A DNA stretch of 64,000 nucleotides, taken from Sminthopsis crassicaudata. Lineage: Eukaryota. A program made the position numbers and the translations under genes. The stretch is from positions 234,250,454 through 234,314,453 of the forward strand of contig NC_133619.1 of NCBI RefSeq assembly GCF_048593235.1, in the 5' to 3' direction. The notes beneath the pieces were generated by a model, which was not told where the DNA came from, did no database searches, and was given only the letters and a program-made list of their open reading frames with translations. This document shows, in pieces, positions 58,950 through 64,000 of the stretch. Positions within the stretch are counted from its first letter, which is position 1, and each line of letters begins with the position of its first letter.

Positions 58950-59172
58950 TATTCAATTTCTGGATCAAGATGTCTTAACATTTTTAGAATATGTTTTTTA
59001 GAAGGGCCTTATTTCTGATTCCTATCTTTTTAGATATTCATCTCAGAAAGAAGATTGTCTTCTTTCTTTTCGTTCTGCTACATGGGATTTGGAACTTGGG
59101 CTGATATAGTTTTTTTTCCTTTATTTGACCCTATAAATTCCTTTTTTTTACCGCTCAAATGGTGAGAACTCC
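58950..59172. repeat. Diverged relic of the array spacer after an ORF-deleting junction
   Basis: Aligns by eye to 57939-58157 (ctggatcaagatgtctt ... ggtgagaactcc), with identity falling distally. Confidence 0.8.
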
Positions 59173-59199
59173 TAGTGTATTTTTATTGTAGAGAAGCAT

Positions 59200-61240
59200 T
59201 GACTATATATATATGTCATATTACTGATATAAACAAAAAAGTGGGGGAAGTAGAAATGGAAAGGGGATCACATCAGAAAAAGGGAATAGGGGAGATAAAA
59301 AGAGACAAATTATATCCCAGGAAGAGACAAAGATAACCTATCATATCTCTGGGAAATTAGAGAGGTGTTGGCACAATGTATGAATCTTGCTTTCATGAGA
59401 ATTGGATCAAAGAGAAAATAATTGACATATTTGGTTTATAGAGAATTCACTCTTACCTTGTTAAAATGTGTTAGAGGAAAAGAGAAAAGGAAAATAGTAA
59501 TAATGGACCGGTACAAGAAAGGGAAAGTGATTTAAAGGAAAGAGGGGGGGATAGTAAGGAGGGAGGGCTATGTGTCACAAGTGGGGCCCATAAATTCAAT
59601 ACTGGGGAAAGGCTTCAAGGGATGCAAGGGATAAAAGTATAATCTGGGGATAATATGATGGCAGGAAATACAGCATTAGTCATTTTTACTGCAAATGTGA
59701 ATGGGATGACTTCTCCCATAAAGTAGAGGCAGATAGCAGACTGGATCAAAAGTCAGAACCCTATAATATATTGTTTACAGGAAACAAATTTAAAGCAGGG
59801 AGATACATACAGAGTAAAGATAAAAGGCTGGAGCAGAATCTATTGTGCTTCAAGTGAAGTAAAAAAGATGGGTTAGTCATCCTTATCTCAGATCAAGCAA
59901 AAACAAAAATTCATCTAATCAAAAGAGATAAGGAAGGAAACTATATCTTGCTAAAGGGTAGCATAGACAATGAAACAATATCAATACTAAATATATATTC
60001 ACCAAGTGGAATAGCATCTAACTTCCTAAAGGAGAAGTTAAGAGAGTTGCAAAAGAAATAAACAACAAAAATATAATAATGGGAAATCTCAACCTTGTTC
60101 TCTCAAAATTAGATAAATCAAACCACAAAATAAATAAGAAAGAAGCCAAAGAGGTAACTAGAATACTAGAAAAGTTTGATATGATAGATCTTTGGAGAAA
60201 GCTAAATGGAGACAGAAAGGAGTACACTTTCTTCTCAGCAGTTCATGGAACATATACAAAAATTGACCACATATTATGACATAAAAACCTCAAAAATCAA
60301 ATGCAATAAGGCAGAAATAGTAAATGCATCCTTTTCAGAGCACATTGCAATGCAAATTACATTCAATAAAAAGCCAGGGGAAAATAGACCTAAAAATAAT
60401 TGGAAACTAAATAATCTCATACTAAAGAATGATTGGGTGAAAGAGCAAATCATAGACATAATTAATAACTTCACTCAAGAAAATGACAATAATGAGACAT
60501 CATACCAAAATGTATGCGATACAGCCAAATCACTAATAAGGGGGAATTTTATATCTTTAGATGCTTACCTGAATAAAATAGAGAAAAAGAAGATAAATGA
60601 ATTGGGCTTGCATCTTAAAAAGCTCTAAAAATACCAAATTAAAACCTCTCAATCAAATGCTAAATTTGAAATTCTAAAATTAAAAAGAGAAATTAATAAT
60701 ATTGAAAAAATAAAACTATTGAATTAATAAATAAAACTAAGATTTGGTTTTATGAAAAAACCAATAAATTATATAAACCTTTGGTAAATCTGATTAGAAA
60801 AAGGAGAGAGGAAAATCAAATTGTTAGTCTTAAAAATGAAAAGGTGGAACTTTCCACCAATGAAGAAGAAATTAGAGAAATAATGAGTTACTTTGCCCAA
60901 CTTTATGCCAAGAAATGTGATAACCTAAGTGAAATGGATGACTACCTCCAAAAATTTAGGCTTCCCAGATTAACAGAGGAGGAAGTAAATTGTTTAAATA
61001 GTTGCATTTTAGAAAAAGAAATAGAATAGTCTATTAATCAACTCCCTAAGAAAAAAATCTCCAGGACCAGATGGTTTTACATGTGAATTCTACCAAACAT
61101 TCAAAGAACAATTAGCCCCACTTTTATATAAACTATTTGACAAAATAGGAATGAAGGAGTCCTATAAAATTCCTTTTATGACACACACATTGTACTGATA
61201 CCCAAACCAGGTAGGTTGAAAACAGAAAAAGAAAACTATA
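59200..61240 (+). mobile_element. Old L1 fragment: inter-ORF spacer plus degenerate 5' part of ORF2
   Basis: ATG at 59658 reads MAGNTALVIF.., homologous to the intact ORF2 start; continues with stops and frameshifts to [12 protein letters not shown] (~61240). The left boundary is approximate. Confidence 0.9.
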
Positions 61241-61430
61241 ACTGTATAGATATGTATACGTATATTATATTTAACATATGTTTTAAAATATATTGGAATA
61301 CCTGCTATCAAGGGGAGGGGGTGGGGGAGGAAGGGTAAATTTGGAACAAAAGGTTTTGCAAGGGTCACTTTTTAAAAATTAGCCATGCATATATTTCTGA
61401 AAGAAAAAGTTATATAAAAATAAATAAATG
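61241..61430 (+). mobile_element. L1 3'-terminal UTR fragment
   Basis: G-rich tract and A-rich end, similar to 63760-63950. Confidence 0.75.
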
Positions 61431-61449
61431 CCTCTTGGGGGAAATATTG

Positions 61450-62780
61450 CTACTTTAAGAAAAGAAAAATAGGTGATCGATGAATTTTTTCAATGTCTAT
61501 TTTACCCTCTGTTTCTAAAACGTCTGGGCAGTTCTCTTTGATAATTTCTGGGAAAATAGTGTCCAGGCTCTTTTTTTCCTCACATTTTTCAGGGAGTCTG
61601 ATTATTCTCAAATTGTCTCTCCTGGATCTCTTTTCCAGGTCTGTTGTCTTTCCAATAAGGTACTTGACATTCTTTTCAATTGTTTCATTTTTCTGGTTTT
61701 GCTTGACTACTTCTTGGTTTCTCCTTGAGTCATTCATTTCTACTTGTTCGAGTCTAATTTTCAATGATGTATTTTCTTCACTCACTTTTTTTATATCTTT
61801 TTGTAATTGTCCAATTGAGTTTTTAAGTGAGATTTTTACTTCTATGGAATTTTTTTCCATTTCATTCATTTTATTTTTTAGAGAGCTGTTTTCTTTATCC
61901 AGCTCACTGATCCTGTTTTCCTTGGAGTTGTTTACCTTTTATAATTCATTAATTTTATTTCTCAATGATTTGATCTCTTTATCCACTCTGGATAACTTCT
62001 CCAGACTCTCTTGCCAAGTTTTGCTTTCCTTTTCCCATTTCTCTTCTAGCTCTCTTGTGAGAGCATTTTTGATTTCCTCTATGAAAGTCTTATGTACTGA
62101 GGAGCAGATCATATCCCCCTTAGGGGCTTCCTCTGGGGACAATCTGCTTTTAGTCTCCTCAGTATTTGAAGTGTGCTCTCTCTCCATACAGAAGCTGTCA
62201 ATGGTTAGAGCCCTTTTAAATTTTTTGTTTATTTTGTCAGAGGGGGAATAGAAGAAAACAAATTGACAAGAGAAACACTTGGTCTGTTTTGGGGGGGATG
62301 GGGCTGGATGGTGTTACTGGGCTTCTTCTACAGATTGAGGGAGACAACAGCGAGGCACTAACAGGACAACAATAGCTGTGCTGTGTCTGCACCCTGAGGC
62401 TCTGAGAATGCTCTGAGTCACTCCAGGTGGGGGTGGGGATGACCGGGTCCCGAGAGACGCTAGCTTTCTGGGGTTTTATCTTTCACCTCCGGTTTTTACA
62501 CCCTTTCCGCTGCTCCTGGCTTGCTGCCAAGACTGAGTATCCACAATGGGTAAAAGTCTTTTTGGAGAAACAGAAGCTATCATACCCCTACCCTCTCCGG
62601 TCCAGGTTGTGTGAGCTGCCTGTCTTGCTCTTGCTCCTTGCCCTCATTCTGTGCCCAGTCTGTTCATCACCTCCCCCGAGCAAACACAGACCTCTGGCGA
62701 ATTTCACGGATGTCTTCTGTTGGCGATTATTTGTGGGTTTCTTTTCTGGTCAAGCATTAATTCTGAGGCTTGTCATGAAG
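61450..62780 (-). mobile_element. Old L1 fragment: 5'UTR plus degenerate 5' part of ORF1
   Basis: Translations KTTDLEKRSRRDNLRII and IDIEKIHRSP match ORF1p; broken frames; 5'UTR-like sequence at 62240-62780. Confidence 0.85.
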
Positions 62781-62786
62781 TAAGTC

Positions 62787-63960
62787 AATGCAAACAAGAT
62801 TAGAAGGGAAGTAACAAATTGGGAAAACATTTTTACGGGTAAATGTTCTGATAAAGGCCTCACCGCCAAAATATACAGATAATTGACTTTAATTTATAAG
62901 AAATCAAGCCATTCTCCAATTGATAAATGGTCAAAGGATATGAACAGACAATTTGCATATGATGAAATTAAAACTATTTCCACTCATATAAAAGAGTGTT
63001 CCAAATCACCATTGATCAAAGAAATGCAAATTAAGACAACTCCTGTCAGATTGGCTAAGATGACAAGAACAAATAACAATGAATGTTGGAAGGACTGTGG
63101 GAAAACTGGGACACTGATGCATTGTTGGTGAAGTTGTGAAAGAATCCAACCATTCTGGAGAACAATCTGGAATATGCCCAAAAAGTTATCAAAATGTGCA
63201 TACCCTTTGACCCAGCAGTGCTACTACTGGGCTTATATCCCAAGGAAATACTAAAGAAGGGAAAGGGACCTGTATGTGCCAAAATGTTTATGGCAGCTCT
63301 TTTTGTATTGGCTAGAAACTGGAAAATGAATGGATGCCCATCATTTGGAGAATGGTTGGGTGAATTATGGTATATGAATGTTATGGAATAGTATTGTTCT
63401 GTAAGAAATGACCAACAGGAGGAATACAGAGGGGCTTGGAGAGACTTACATCAACTGATGCTGAGTGAAATGAGCAGAACTAGGAGATCATTATACACTT
63501 CAACAATGATACTGCATAAGGTTGTATTCTGATGGAAGTGGAGATCTTCAACATAGAGAAGAGTTAATTTAATTCCAATTGATCAATGATGGACAGAATC
63601 AGCTACATCCAGAAAAGGAACACTGGGAAATGAGTGTAAACTGTGAGCTTTTTTTGGGTTTGTTTGTTTTTTTGTTTTTCTTCCCAGATTATTTTTACCT
63701 TCCAAATACAATTCTTCCTTTGCAACAACAACAACAAAATTCTGTTCAGCACATATATATTGTACCTAGGATATACTGTAAAATATTTAATATGTATGGG
63801 AATGCCTGCCATCTAGGGGAGGGGGTGGAGGGAAGGAGGGGTAAAAATTTGGAACAGAAGGGAGTGCAAGGGATAATGTAAAAAAAAAAAATTACGAATG
63901 CTTATGTATTGTCAAAAAAAAGTTATAATTATAAAAATTAATTAAAAAATCATAAACATA
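62787..63960 (+). mobile_element. Old L1 fragment: 3' end of ORF2 plus 3'UTR and A-rich tail
   Basis: [31 protein letters not shown] and [17 protein letters not shown] match the intact ORF2 C-terminus; several stops. Confidence 0.9.
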
Positions 63961-64000
63961 TATCACATAAAAAAAGAAAAATAAATTTTAAAAAGGAAGA

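Noticed and set aside
61205-61245. Spliced L1 explanation for the internal deletion in the old element
   Set aside because: A donor-like CAG/GTAGGT lies ~25 nt before the junction, not at it, so the deletion does not fit splice sites.
58404-63881. Short ORFs in the right flank as independent genes
   Set aside because: They are fragments or antisense frames of decayed L1 ORF1/ORF2, or of the non-coding spacer.

Overview
Mammalian genomic DNA, probably marsupial (inferred from L1 features, not verified). Positions 1-58949 are a head-to-tail array of ~2.95-kb units. Each unit carries one minus-strand, intronless ORF for a RING-less TRIM-like protein (degenerate B-box2, coiled coil, PRY-SPRY/B30.2; 383 aa from the first ATG that is in frame in every copy, MSQNH...). 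There are 18 copies: one cut by the window start, 16 intact and one frameshifted. Three intact copies have a 58-aa N-terminal extension because an upstream in-frame TAA is AAA. The copies are mosaics: a dimorphic ~100-bp coiled-coil block and two SPRY haplotypes occur in all four combinations. There is an ~8.86-kb three-unit higher-order repeat and several locally homogenised sub-arrays. A 6.74-kb full-length LINE-1 with intact ORF1 and ORF2 and a perfect 14-15-bp TSD is inserted at 27597-34338, in the same orientation as the genes. The array ends in a diverged unit whose ORF has been deleted, followed by old fragmented L1 sequence (~59200-63960). The strongest candidate for an undescribed system is this gene-encoding macrosatellite of diversifying RING-less TRIM/B30.2 proteins. 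Function, expression, species and true copy number cannot be read from the sequence.
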